From positions 32,001-96,000 of the IMG/VR virus record IMGVR_UViG_3300028920_000027: a DNA stretch of 64,000 bases. One strand, written 5' to 3'. Under the pieces are notes generated by a model. It was not told the origin of the DNA, made no database searches, and saw only the letters and a list, made by a program, of their open reading frames with translations. Positions within the stretch are counted from its first letter, which is position 1, and every line of letters starts with the position of its first letter. This document shows, piece by piece, positions 17,118-25,367 of this stretch. The stretch is from a virus. The position numbers and the translations under genes were made by a program.

Positions 17118-19881
17118 CGCTCCTCGGGCTGGAAGTACGGACCAAGTACGCCTGGTGAGCGCGCCGCCACTCGGTGGGAGGGAGGAGTCGAAGCCCGCCG
17201 GGGACGCTCTGACGAGGAATCTCAACCTGGGGTGGCGGTTTCCGCTCATGACCCCGAGGTCGTTGGTGAGGCACTCCTTGCTCATCCAACGTCGTCAACG
17301 CCGCAAAGTCATTGCTCCCAAGTGAACCGATCCCATCTGGGCGACCGTGGGCCGGCATGGCAAGCGGCGGTGGAGGCTTGGGGGACTCCTGCTCTGGAGC
17401 CTCGCTCTCCACCTCCGCAGACGCCACAGGAGCAGAAATGGGGGCTGTGGCCTCCACTGGGGAAGGAGGTAATGCCAGAGGGGCTACAACTTGAAGGACC
17501 ATGGGCTGTGAGGGCACGACCGCTGTTTGAGGTATGCCACCACCCCCGGAAAGTGCAACGACGTCACACACCAACCCTGCCTTGGTCACGTGACGCACAC
17601 GCAAAAAGTACTCAGCCAGCTTCGTTACATTGTCCTTGAAAAGACTATACACCTGTTTGGCGAGACCCCGATCCATCAAACTGAAAGGCGCATGCATCTT
17701 GTAGGCGAGCCGATAGCTATTCATGGCCGCCTCGGCGAGGCCCGCGGCAACGTCGTCAGGGTCCAGAGTACCGCATAAATCGTCTACGATCCTGGCAGCC
17801 TCCCCAGGTTGACCCAGAGACAGGAGCACCTTGTAGTACTGAGTGACAGCATCGAGCCTGAGGTATGTTCGAGCCGACTCCAAGGATACAGGTCCAAGCT
17901 GGGCGATCATTTCGAGCTTGTTCAAGATGTCTCGAACATGGCCCTGCGAATGATCGATGACCACCAACAGGGCGTCATCCTCGTACTCAACCTTTTCAGC
18001 CTCCAAGATCTTCCTGAGCCTGACCTGGACATCATCGCGCGTGATGGGGCGCATAATGTGCTCCTCGCACCGTGACCGGATCGTGGAGCGGATCTTGTTG
18101 CCTTCGGTGGTGCAGAGGATGGCAACGAACCTCTTGTCTTCAATGGGCTTGAGCAGTACGTCCTGCGAGTCGCGGCTCATGCGGTGCATTTCGTCAAAAA
18201 CAATGACGCGCTTGGCGGCCCCCGGGACGTTAAACGCCAACTCATCGACGATGCGTCGAACGTTATCGATGGTGCCCGAGCTAGCGGCGTCCAACTCCTT
18301 GTAGGCCACCGAGGCTTCAGTCAACTGGGCTTGGCAGTTGTCGCAGCTGTTACAGGGCTCGCTCCCCCCTTGAAGGTCTTGGCAGAGCAGTGCCCGGGCC
18401 AGGATGCGAGCCAGGGTCGTGTTGTGGTTCATGAACCCCCCAGCTGCAAACATCTCTTGTCCAGGGACCGAAAGGTCAAACACTTCTGCCCGGCCCGGAG
18501 ATGTTTCGATTACCGGATCGAAGTAGTACCCTGTATCCAGCAAGTGCTTGAAGTGGGCATACCCAGGGCACCCTTTGAACTCGCTGACAATGCGCTGGAC
18601 CTGGCGATCCGTACACGACACACGCCCCCTCCGTGCCTGGAAGAAGTGGCTGGTGTCATGAGTCCGCAACTCAGAAGAAAGGCTCTCATAGAAGAAACGT
18701 AGGTGGGCCGCTTGGTAGGGCACCACTTCGTAAGTATTGGATAGTTGACGGCGACCCTTAGCGTGTCCACGAACGAGAGACCGTTGTAGCTGGCCCCGCT
18801 TTCGAGCCGAAAGAAAACCTACCTTGGACGCGAACACGTCGAGGGATGAGCGCCGAATACCGACCCTCCAGTAGACCCCGTACTCCGGATGGGGCTTGGG
18901 GCGCCGATAGGCCACCACCCCTAAATTCAACAACATCGCCTGCACCTGACGAGCGAGCTTAGGGCTCTTGGTGAGGGCCTCTACTCGGTACCCCGAGACG
19001 CTACCGTCACACTCAAAGTAACCTCGCAGAAACTCGCAAACGAGATGCTCAGGGGAGACCCTGATGGACCATGGCATTTCCTTCCCGCCAGCCTTCGCAT
19101 AGGAAACCCCGAGGAATGCCAGAAAATCCCTGAACTGAACACTGCTGCATCGAACCGCAACGAGACCTGGGCGCCGTTTGTCTGGTGAAATGAAACTCCC
19201 CCCGCCCAGGCGGTCTAAAAGACGCCTGGCATCATCCACGGTATCAGGCTCAGCTGTATGGACCGAGACACTTGTCCTACTCGTGCATGAACCGTCCCCT
19301 GCCAGATAGCCCAGCAACCGTGCCCACTCCAAGCTCAGGGTAGTCGGGGGGTTGAAGTCATGGCTGCTATGGTCATGGGGTCGTTTCGCGTAGGAGTAAC
19401 CCTCAATCAAAGGCCCTGTGCCAAAAAGTCCTGTCCCTCGCGAAAGGCACGCATAATCACCTTTGCGCACTTGACCTATCTCCCTCCACTCAATCTCACC
19501 CGATTTAGCCAGGATCTTGATGCGATGGTGGGGGGTCCCTTCGATGAAGAAGCCCAAACTAGTCTTGATGCGAACTGTGTCCCGGACCCCACCTCGATAC
19601 GAGAAAGCTGCCTCACCCACCCCCTGTTCTTGCCCAACGACAATATGCACAGGGTCGACGACATGGGGCCCACCCATAAGGTCTCCTATTTCGAGCAAAC
19701 CACGGTTCGTAGGGACCAAGGTCTCCTTAGACACACACTTCCCACGCCCGTGCCCGCCCGAGAAGATGTAGCTCGTGTCCAGGGCAGTCCCATTCTTCAA
19801 GCGCTGCTTGAGCACCTGGACAGGGCCCTCCTGCCCTAGCACGTCACCAAAAACGCGAGGTCGATACTTGATATCCCACAC
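17107..19881 (-). CDS. dnaX: DNA polymerase III gamma/tau clamp-loader subunit with intein
   Basis: KYRPRVFGDVLGQ, Walker A GRGK|TT, EPCNSCDNC Zn motif, FDEMHRM, LLKPIE, TIRSRC. Confidence 0.93.
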   Translation of the reverse strand: MWDIKYRPRVFGDVLGQEGPVQVLKQRLKNGTALDTSYIFSGGHGRGKCVSKETLVPTNRGLLEIGDLMGGPHVVDPVHIVVGQEQGVGEAAFSYRGGVRDTVRIKTSLGFFIEGTPHHRIKILAKSGEIEWREIGQVRKGDYACLSRGTGLFGTGPLIEGYSYAKRPHDHSSHDFNPPTTLSLEWARLLGYLAGDGSCTSRTSVSVHTAEPDTVDDARRLLDRLGGGSFISPDKRRPGLVAVRCSSVQFRDFLAFLGVSYAKAGGKEMPWSIRVSPEHLVCEFLRGYFECDGSVSGYRVEALTKSPKLARQVQAMLLNLGVVAYRRPKPHPEYGVYWRVGIRRSSLDVFASKVGFLSARKRGQLQRSLVRGHAKGRRQLSNTYEVVPYQAAHLRFFYESLSSELRTHDTSHFFQARRGRVSCTDRQVQRIVSEFKGCPGYAHFKHLLDTGYYFDPVIETSPGRAEVFDLSVPGQEMFAAGGFMNHNTTLARILARALLCQDLQGGSEPCNSCDNCQAQLTEASVAYKELDAASSGTIDNVRRIVDELAFNVPGAAKRVIVFDEMHRMSRDSQDVLLKPIEDKRFVAILCTTEGNKIRSTIRSRCEEHIMRPITRDDVQVRLRKILEAEKVEYEDDALLVVIDHSQGHVRDILNKLEMIAQLGPVSLESARTYLRLDAVTQYYKVLLSLGQPGEAARIVDDLCGTLDPDDVAAGLAEAAMNSYRLAYKMHAPFSLMDRGLAKQVYSLFKDNVTKLAEYFLRVRHVTKAGLVCDVVALSGGGGIPQTAVVPSQPMVLQVVAPLALPPSPVEATAPISAPVASAEVESEAPEQESPKPPPPLAMPAHGRPDGIGSLGSNDFAALTTLDEQGVPHQRPRGHERKPPPQVEIPRQSVPGGLRLLPPTEWRRAHQAYLVRTSSPRSDAN
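18421..19737 (-). mobile_element. Intein with LAGLIDADG endonuclease in DnaX (439 aa)
   Basis: Starts CVSKETLVPT, ends GGFMNHN followed by +1 Thr; LLGYLAGDGS and FLRGYFECDGS. Confidence 0.93.
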
Positions 19882-19895
19882 AGGCCGACCTCTGG

Positions 19896-20396
19896 TTACT
19901 CGGTCAAGGTTAAGAGATCATTGATCTTGACATCTTCAGCTGAGGTCTCTTCCTCGATGATCTCTTCTATTTGGATGGCCTTGGCTACATTGACGAACCC
20001 TTCGAGGCCCGGATGCCACGCACCATACCGTTCCAGAATCGTGGCGAACTCGCTAACGTCGGGTTCGCGAGTGCTCCACTTCATTTCCCCGGATTTCTCG
20101 TCTTCCTGACCACAGCACCGTTCCAATAAATGATCGACTAGTGCCGTCCGTTGGTCGGCGTCCAATTCGTTCCAGCTGTCAAGGCCAACTTCGATGATGA
20201 AGGTCTTATTCGTGAGCCAGGTCAAGAAGGGGCTGCACTTCTTGACCGTGCCCAGAATGGTCTTACCATTCCTGACGCTGGACTTGTCGACGAACACCCA
20301 CAGGATGGCCGCATCGGCCAACTCCGCGTGGTAGTTTGCAATCAGATTACTCGCGATCTGTCCCATCGCGTCACCGGGTTCATAGGTCTTCATCAA
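19896..20396 (-). CDS. Phage metallopeptidase-like fold with degenerate HExxH
   Basis: FIIEVGLDSWNELDADQRTALVDHLLERC...REPDVSEFATILERYGAW resembles the family pattern. Confidence 0.65.
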   Translation of the reverse strand: MMKTYEPGDAMGQIASNLIANYHAELADAAILWVFVDKSSVRNGKTILGTVKKCSPFLTWLTNKTFIIEVGLDSWNELDADQRTALVDHLLERCCGQEDEKSGEMKWSTREPDVSEFATILERYGAWHPGLEGFVNVAKAIQIEEIIEEETSAEDVKINDLLTLTE

Positions 20397-21104
20397 TCAC
20401 ACCACTAGGTTGGGGTCCAATCCTTCCATGAATACACCAAATCGCTCATCTCCCCAAGCTTCCCAAAGATCTCCCCAGTCCTTGGACAGCTTACTCTCTC
20501 CCTCAGGCGCAGCCATGGGTACGGCAGGGGGTAGGGCCACTTCGATACGCTCGAACTCGTCTTGGTGATCCCGACGGAAGGCGTAGGCTACCTTGCGACC
20601 CGTCTCGTCGTTGTCGTAGCCGATCCACACCTGATCGACCATTCGGTGCAAAATCCTGAGTAAATCAGGGGAAATCCCTGCCTTAAGCGTAGCCACCACC
20701 TCAGGGTAGGTCCGTTGGACCGGGCACAGGTCGAACACCCCCTCGACCAACCAGATCCGGTTGCTCTGCCAGATGTGTGGCATGGCCTGATGTAGCCCGA
20801 AGAGGACCGCCTCGTCCCCTTCAAGTAAGTAGTCCATGTAGCCCTTGCGGACGATGGGGCGGAACTGAATGCCCTTGACTTGCCCTACCGAGTTCGTCAA
20901 CGGGAAAACCCAGACCCGGTTCAGGCGGTGCTTCTCAGCCCACCTGGCAAACCCAGGCGGCAAGCCCTCAGGCATCTCGTCCAGGTAGCCAACGTGGTAA
21001 AAGTCAATCTGCTCATCGGTCATGCCCCGACGCCACAAGCGGAAACGAAGGTCCTCGTCGAGCTGTTGCTCGGCGTGCTGCACCAGGCCGTCAATCCAGG
21101 TCAT
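20397..21104 (-). CDS. dnaG: DnaG-type primase core (TOPRIM), no N-terminal zinc-binding domain
   Basis: WVFPLTNSVGQVKGIQFR, LFGLHQA, LVEGVFD and GYDND (DxD). Confidence 0.8.
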   Translation of the reverse strand: MTWIDGLVQHAEQQLDEDLRFRLWRRGMTDEQIDFYHVGYLDEMPEGLPPGFARWAEKHRLNRVWVFPLTNSVGQVKGIQFRPIVRKGYMDYLLEGDEAVLFGLHQAMPHIWQSNRIWLVEGVFDLCPVQRTYPEVVATLKAGISPDLLRILHRMVDQVWIGYDNDETGRKVAYAFRRDHQDEFERIEVALPPAVPMAAPEGESKLSKDWGDLWEAWGDERFGVFMEGLDPNLVV

Positions 21105-21705
21105 TGACCACCATCACCGCGCGGCCAATGCGAGTCACCATCAACCCCACGCGGTCATCAACCCGCGAATAAATCCCCGCCAAACCTGGTGCCGCCAAGA
21201 GTAGAATCACGCCAGGAGGGCCCGGTAACACTTGAAGCCCACCCTCGATCTCCGCCACACACCCCATCGTCAACACCAACTCATCAATGGACTTGCCGTC
21301 CAAACCTGGACAAATGGGGGCCATCCTGTCACGCGCCAAGACCAGGTACCGAGGCTGGTAACCTTGACTCGTCATTGCAGCCACCGCAGCCTTTAGAGTC
21401 ATCTGATACGCCCCGGGAAATGGCGACCTGGAAGGGCGCGAGGCTCCCTCTATGATCCGAGCTTGTAAACCAACCAGCAGCTTCGACTCATCCTCCAAGC
21501 TGCACTCGCTGAACGCGAACCGAACGCGGCCGTTCCGTATGCCAGGTTGGACAGCCATCCCCCTCATATTGGTGACCAGAATCGGAAGGTCTTCGGAAGT
21601 AACCCTTCGTTCCGATATCACAGGGGTGGCAAACCCGCCCCCGTGAGCAATGCTGGCAGCCTGTCGTCGGTTTCGCTCGACATGAAAAATGCGTTCAAGA
21701 GTCAT
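21091..21705 (-). CDS. Hypothetical protein (204 aa)
   Basis: Operon-coupled on both sides. Confidence 0.65.
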   Translation of the reverse strand: MTLERIFHVERNRRQAASIAHGGGFATPVISERRVTSEDLPILVTNMRGMAVQPGIRNGRVRFAFSECSLEDESKLLVGLQARIIEGASRPSRSPFPGAYQMTLKAAVAAMTSQGYQPRYLVLARDRMAPICPGLDGKSIDELVLTMGCVAEIEGGLQVLPGPPGVILLLAAPGLAGIYSRVDDRVGLMVTRIGRAVMVVNDLD

Positions 21706-22288
21706 GGGACCTCTCCGCGAGCTGTTTCAATTGATCAGCTCCGTACCCCTCCAGCAGCTTGATGGGGTCCTCCTGCACTTTCATCGGGGGGTGGATGTCA
21801 ACCTTGGCGAAGAACAAAAACCAAACTCTCTTCCACCAGGGCATCTGATCAACATAAGGAGCCACGATTTGACCCAAGACCCATAGCAACTCATGGACCT
21901 CGGGCAGATGCTTCTTCAGCCAATCAGCGTCGTTGACGTTCCGACGGAACTCAGCAAAAACCTCCTCCTTTTTGAGAGACTGGACCGGCTCGAACTTACC
22001 ACATCTCTGAGCGTCGACCGGTTCATCACAGAGGTCCCCTGGCCACGTCTCGCTGTCCTCGGACCCGTACATGCAAAGCCCTATCTCTTGAACGACTGGC
22101 AACCCCCCGGCCGCCGTGATGCGGTTATAGCTGGGGTTGGGGCCCCCCTCGACGGTCTTGCGGTAGTCGAGGGAATGACGCTGATTGAAGCGACAGTGCT
22201 GGGGTAGGCGTGGAATGGACAGCCGCCGCATCAGCTCGCTGAACAACAGCGCTCGAACTCGGTCCTCGATCTCCTTTAAATTTCGCAT
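21695..22288 (-). CDS. Hypothetical Cys-containing protein (197 aa)
   Basis: Operon-coupled; HC...C...C...C pattern. Confidence 0.65.
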   Translation of the reverse strand: MRNLKEIEDRVRALLFSELMRRLSIPRLPQHCRFNQRHSLDYRKTVEGGPNPSYNRITAAGGLPVVQEIGLCMYGSEDSETWPGDLCDEPVDAQRCGKFEPVQSLKKEEVFAEFRRNVNDADWLKKHLPEVHELLWVLGQIVAPYVDQMPWWKRVWFLFFAKVDIHPPMKVQEDPIKLLEGYGADQLKQLAERSHDS

Positions 22289-22290
22289 TA

Positions 22291-22965
22291 TCAGGCACCC
22301 CTCAGGGTCAGGTGCCGACGGCCACCCTCGACGACCTCGACACAGCGGTAAGCTCGGTTGGCGTGCGTGACGTAACCTTGCTTGTGAGTGACCAGCAGCA
22401 CGTCGATGCCGGTCTCCTTGGCGAGCTGGCGAAGAAAGTGCCCAGTACGCTCAACGTACTCTTCACTGACGGCGCCCAAGCTTTCGTCAAGAACCAGTAT
22501 GGGGATTCGCTTGAGCTTGACCATCGTCATCAAGCGAATGATAAGCGAAGCCACACTACAAGGCCCGCCCCCGAACGAATCCAGGGGCTTGCCTCGAATG
22601 CTCAAGGGGTTCTCGGGCTTACCCTCCCTGATGTAGAACTCGATCCAGACCTTGCCATGCTTAGGCACCAGCTCGGCCTCGAAGCTCAGGTCAAGATCAT
22701 GGAAAATAGCTTCCAAACCTTCTCCCACGATCTTGCGCAGTGCCTCAACCTGATCGTTGATGAGCAAGTCCATGAGCTTGCGGAGGCCCTGCCCCGTTTG
22801 ATCGAGCATCAAGCTTTGGTGGTCGAGGTGATCAATCTGCTTCCGGATCTGGGATCCTTGTGTACGAAGGCGGTCCCGTAACGTCACCAGACGCTCGGCC
22901 TTCAACTCCAACTGACGGAGTCGAGCGATCAATCCCGAGAGGGCATGAAGCGTGTCACTTGACAC
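22291..22965 (-). CDS. sbcC: Rad50/SbcC C-terminal half (ABC-ATPase signature lobe)
   Basis: Short coiled coil, then SFGGG signature, Walker B ILVLDES, H-loop LLVTH; no Walker A. Confidence 0.85.
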   Translation of the reverse strand: MSSDTLHALSGLIARLRQLELKAERLVTLRDRLRTQGSQIRKQIDHLDHQSLMLDQTGQGLRKLMDLLINDQVEALRKIVGEGLEAIFHDLDLSFEAELVPKHGKVWIEFYIREGKPENPLSIRGKPLDSFGGGPCSVASLIIRLMTMVKLKRIPILVLDESLGAVSEEYVERTGHFLRQLAKETGIDVLLVTHKQGYVTHANRAYRCVEVVEGGRRHLTLRGA

Positions 22966-24173
22966 AAGTGCGCCTTATTCTCATCGTCCTGTCCTATAAG
23001 GACCTGACCGTTGTCATCGAGCCAGAATTCGTCGATGGTGCGGAAGGTCGCAACCTTCTTCTTACCCTTGGGCGCCAAGATTGCAACTCGAAGCTCGATC
23101 TCATGAGCCTTGACGGGGTTCACCAGGTCGAGAAGGTGGTTGACGTTGGCATTGATGGCAAAGCCATCCTCCCCTTCGACAGGGTCAACCCCCACGGGCA
23201 CGACCCCCACGGGCACGCTGTTAGCCACATTGGTACCCCCATCGCTCGCCACAAAACGGAGACTGGATTCGGAACTCGTATAGATCACCCGAATCTTGTC
23301 GAGCTTGGGGTCCAACTCGGCACGAGCATACTTCAACGCCTTTACCAGGAAGGTGCGGGGGGCCCGCAAGATGTACTTGTCGGCCTTGAGTGGGTAATAG
23401 CTGAATTTCCCATGCTCCCTCTCATGCTTGGCGCACCCCAATATAGCCCCTTCAGAGTTGACGAAGTAGACCATATTCGGAGCCGTCAAAACCTTGACCA
23501 TTCCCGACGAGTGGGACAAAAACGACAGGATCTGGGGCAGATGTTGCACCCCGAGTCCAAGACCCTTGTCTTTGAACGCCTCGCAATAAAAGTAGAACGC
23601 GCAGACGCCCGTGGCAGCGAATAGGAAGCCATTACCCTTAGCCCACTCCTCCTTCGAGGAATCAAAGATCTGGAACGTCTGAAAGTGCTCGTTCTCGTCA
23701 CGAGCGGCACTGCTCTTGGCCAGGTATGGTTTAGCCAAGGTAAGAGCCTCCCTAAGGACGGCGATAGGGTACTCCCGCTCACCCTCAGCGTCGGACAAGT
23801 CACAGGGACTCATAAAGCGGGCCTCAAATGATGTCTTCTTGCTGGAGGCTCCGCCCTCGGTCTCGTAGGAGACCGAGCATTCCTCGGGATTCGACGAGAA
23901 CTCAATCCACCCGTCAAGGCACTGGAGCGCGCCAACCTGATTGGCAGGGTAGATGAAGCTCCCCTCCCCTCGCACGTCCTCGACTTCAAGGGCCGCTCGT
24001 GACGTGTGGAATTGATCACGAGAATGCACCTCACACTTACCGTCCTTGATGACAAACAAGTACCCCGCCCCTCCCTGGGGAGTCACCGAGGAGGGGGTTA
24101 CAATCCCAACCAACCTCAACACGGCATGGAGGTGTGTCGCCTGTGTGCGAAACGTGATGTTGCTCATACTCAT
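22929..24173 (-). CDS. dnaN: Sliding clamp (DNA Pol III beta-like)
   Basis: About 410 aa, three-domain length; ANVNHLLDLV..V....IELRV and terminal RFMPSR resemble DnaN motifs; co-occurs with DnaX/HolA/HolB. Confidence 0.75.
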   Translation of the reverse strand: MSMSNITFRTQATHLHAVLRLVGIVTPSSVTPQGGAGYLFVIKDGKCEVHSRDQFHTSRAALEVEDVRGEGSFIYPANQVGALQCLDGWIEFSSNPEECSVSYETEGGASSKKTSFEARFMSPCDLSDAEGEREYPIAVLREALTLAKPYLAKSSAARDENEHFQTFQIFDSSKEEWAKGNGFLFAATGVCAFYFYCEAFKDKGLGLGVQHLPQILSFLSHSSGMVKVLTAPNMVYFVNSEGAILGCAKHEREHGKFSYYPLKADKYILRAPRTFLVKALKYARAELDPKLDKIRVIYTSSESSLRFVASDGGTNVANSVPVGVVPVGVDPVEGEDGFAINANVNHLLDLVNPVKAHEIELRVAILAPKGKKKVATFRTIDEFWLDDNGQVLIGQDDENKAHLCQVTRFMPSRD

Positions 24174-24451
24174 CCCTGTCCTTCGTCGTAGGTGCTCAGT
24201 GCATCTTCAACATTTGTCAGATCCTTCTCGAACTGGTCCAGCAGCTCGACCAACCGCTTCTCTGCCTTGTCCCGTTCAGACTTGATGGTCTTGGGGTCGT
24301 AGCCCGCGGCCTTGATTTCCTGGCTGAGGTCAGCCAGCTCCCTCTTCTTGGCGCCCAACTCGCCCTTGAAACGCTCCTTCTTCCCTTTGGCGGCTTCATA
24401 CCGACGTGACAAGTCATCAAAACGCTTCCTGAGTTGCTCGAAGTCGGCCAT
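24170..24451 (-). CDS. Small coiled-coil protein (93 aa)
   Basis: MADFEQLRKRF...; AAGGAG RBS and GGTGTAAAGG motif upstream. Confidence 0.75.
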   Translation of the reverse strand: MADFEQLRKRFDDLSRRYEAAKGKKERFKGELGAKKRELADLSQEIKAAGYDPKTIKSERDKAEKRLVELLDQFEKDLTNVEDALSTYDEGQG

Positions 24452-24467
24452 TGATCTCCTTCTCCCT

Positions 24468-25367
24468 TTACACCGCGCCATGCGGCGCTGCACGGCGCCG
24501 CGCCTCCAATTTTTTGACAACGGCCGCTCCTCGAGGGCACAGGTCCTGAGTGGCGAACGTGCAAAAACGACAATTCTGCTGACTAGGCTTCGGTTTGAAG
24601 GTCTTTTTCACCTGCTCGATGCCCTGCCCATCAGTCTCTTCGAGCCAAGCTGCTGTCTGAGCGATGATGCCCATCACCTTGGCCTTGAAAGCGTCCAACT
24701 TACCCTCGTCGAAGTCCAACCACATGAGGGCGTCCTGAGGCGAAAACCTCCACAGGAAGTATCCCAACTTGTCAGGGGCTTTGCCGAAACGCTCTCGGTG
24801 CAGTACGCCGTACCACAACAGCTGGTCCCAATCGAGGTAGCGGACTGCACGCTTCTTGGAGCCCTTACCGTCCAAGATCACCTTATCGCACAGGGGCTTG
24901 GCCCGCCGAATCATGAAGTCGACGCGACCCCCCAACTTGTGCCCGTCTACCTCGGAATCGAGCTTGATCTCGGCCCGCGCCATGGGGCCCAGCAGTCGGT
25001 GAAACCGGATGGCACCGAGCGCCCGAGGGACCGTATCTCGAACGTCAGCCTCCAGCTCCTCTCGTGAAGCGTAGTTACTGCCCTCCCCATCGAACTCGAT
25101 GTAACGACCCTTCTTGTTTGACTCTTCGTCGATCACCCGCTGCACGGTCTCATCGACCAAGTCCATGACGAGCTTACGGGGCTTGGGATCTCGCGAGCGC
25201 CACAGCTCTCTCTCGTAGAAATCCTCGATGAGCGACGACACAATGGACCCATAGAGCGTGTTGACGGCGTTCTCCTCCTTCCCCAGATCTGGCTGGCCCA
25301 CATAGGCAAACCAGTAGCGAAGGGCACAGTCCCGGAGGTACTTGTAACCGGAGTAAGAGAGGTACAT
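24468..25367 (-). CDS. PD-(D/E)XK (RecB/Cas4-like) nuclease
   Basis: LSYSGYKYLRDC..RYW, GRVDF, ILDGKGS, QLLWY, C-terminal CRFC...C. Confidence 0.85.
   Translation of the reverse strand: MYLSYSGYKYLRDCALRYWFAYVGQPDLGKEENAVNTLYGSIVSSLIEDFYERELWRSRDPKPRKLVMDLVDETVQRVIDEESNKKGRYIEFDGEGSNYASREELEADVRDTVPRALGAIRFHRLLGPMARAEIKLDSEVDGHKLGGRVDFMIRRAKPLCDKVILDGKGSKKRAVRYLDWDQLLWYGVLHRERFGKAPDKLGYFLWRFSPQDALMWLDFDEGKLDAFKAKVMGIIAQTAAWLEETDGQGIEQVKKTFKPKPSQQNCRFCTFATQDLCPRGAAVVKKLEARRRAAPHGAV

Noticed and set aside
17107-17700. Programmed -1 frameshift producing gamma from tau
   Set aside because: No A AAA AAG-type slippery site seen in the dnaX 3' region.
24468-25367. Cas4 implying a CRISPR adaptation module
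   Set aside because: No cas1/cas2 or array. It sits in a recombination operon, as is common for phage PD-(D/E)XK nucleases.
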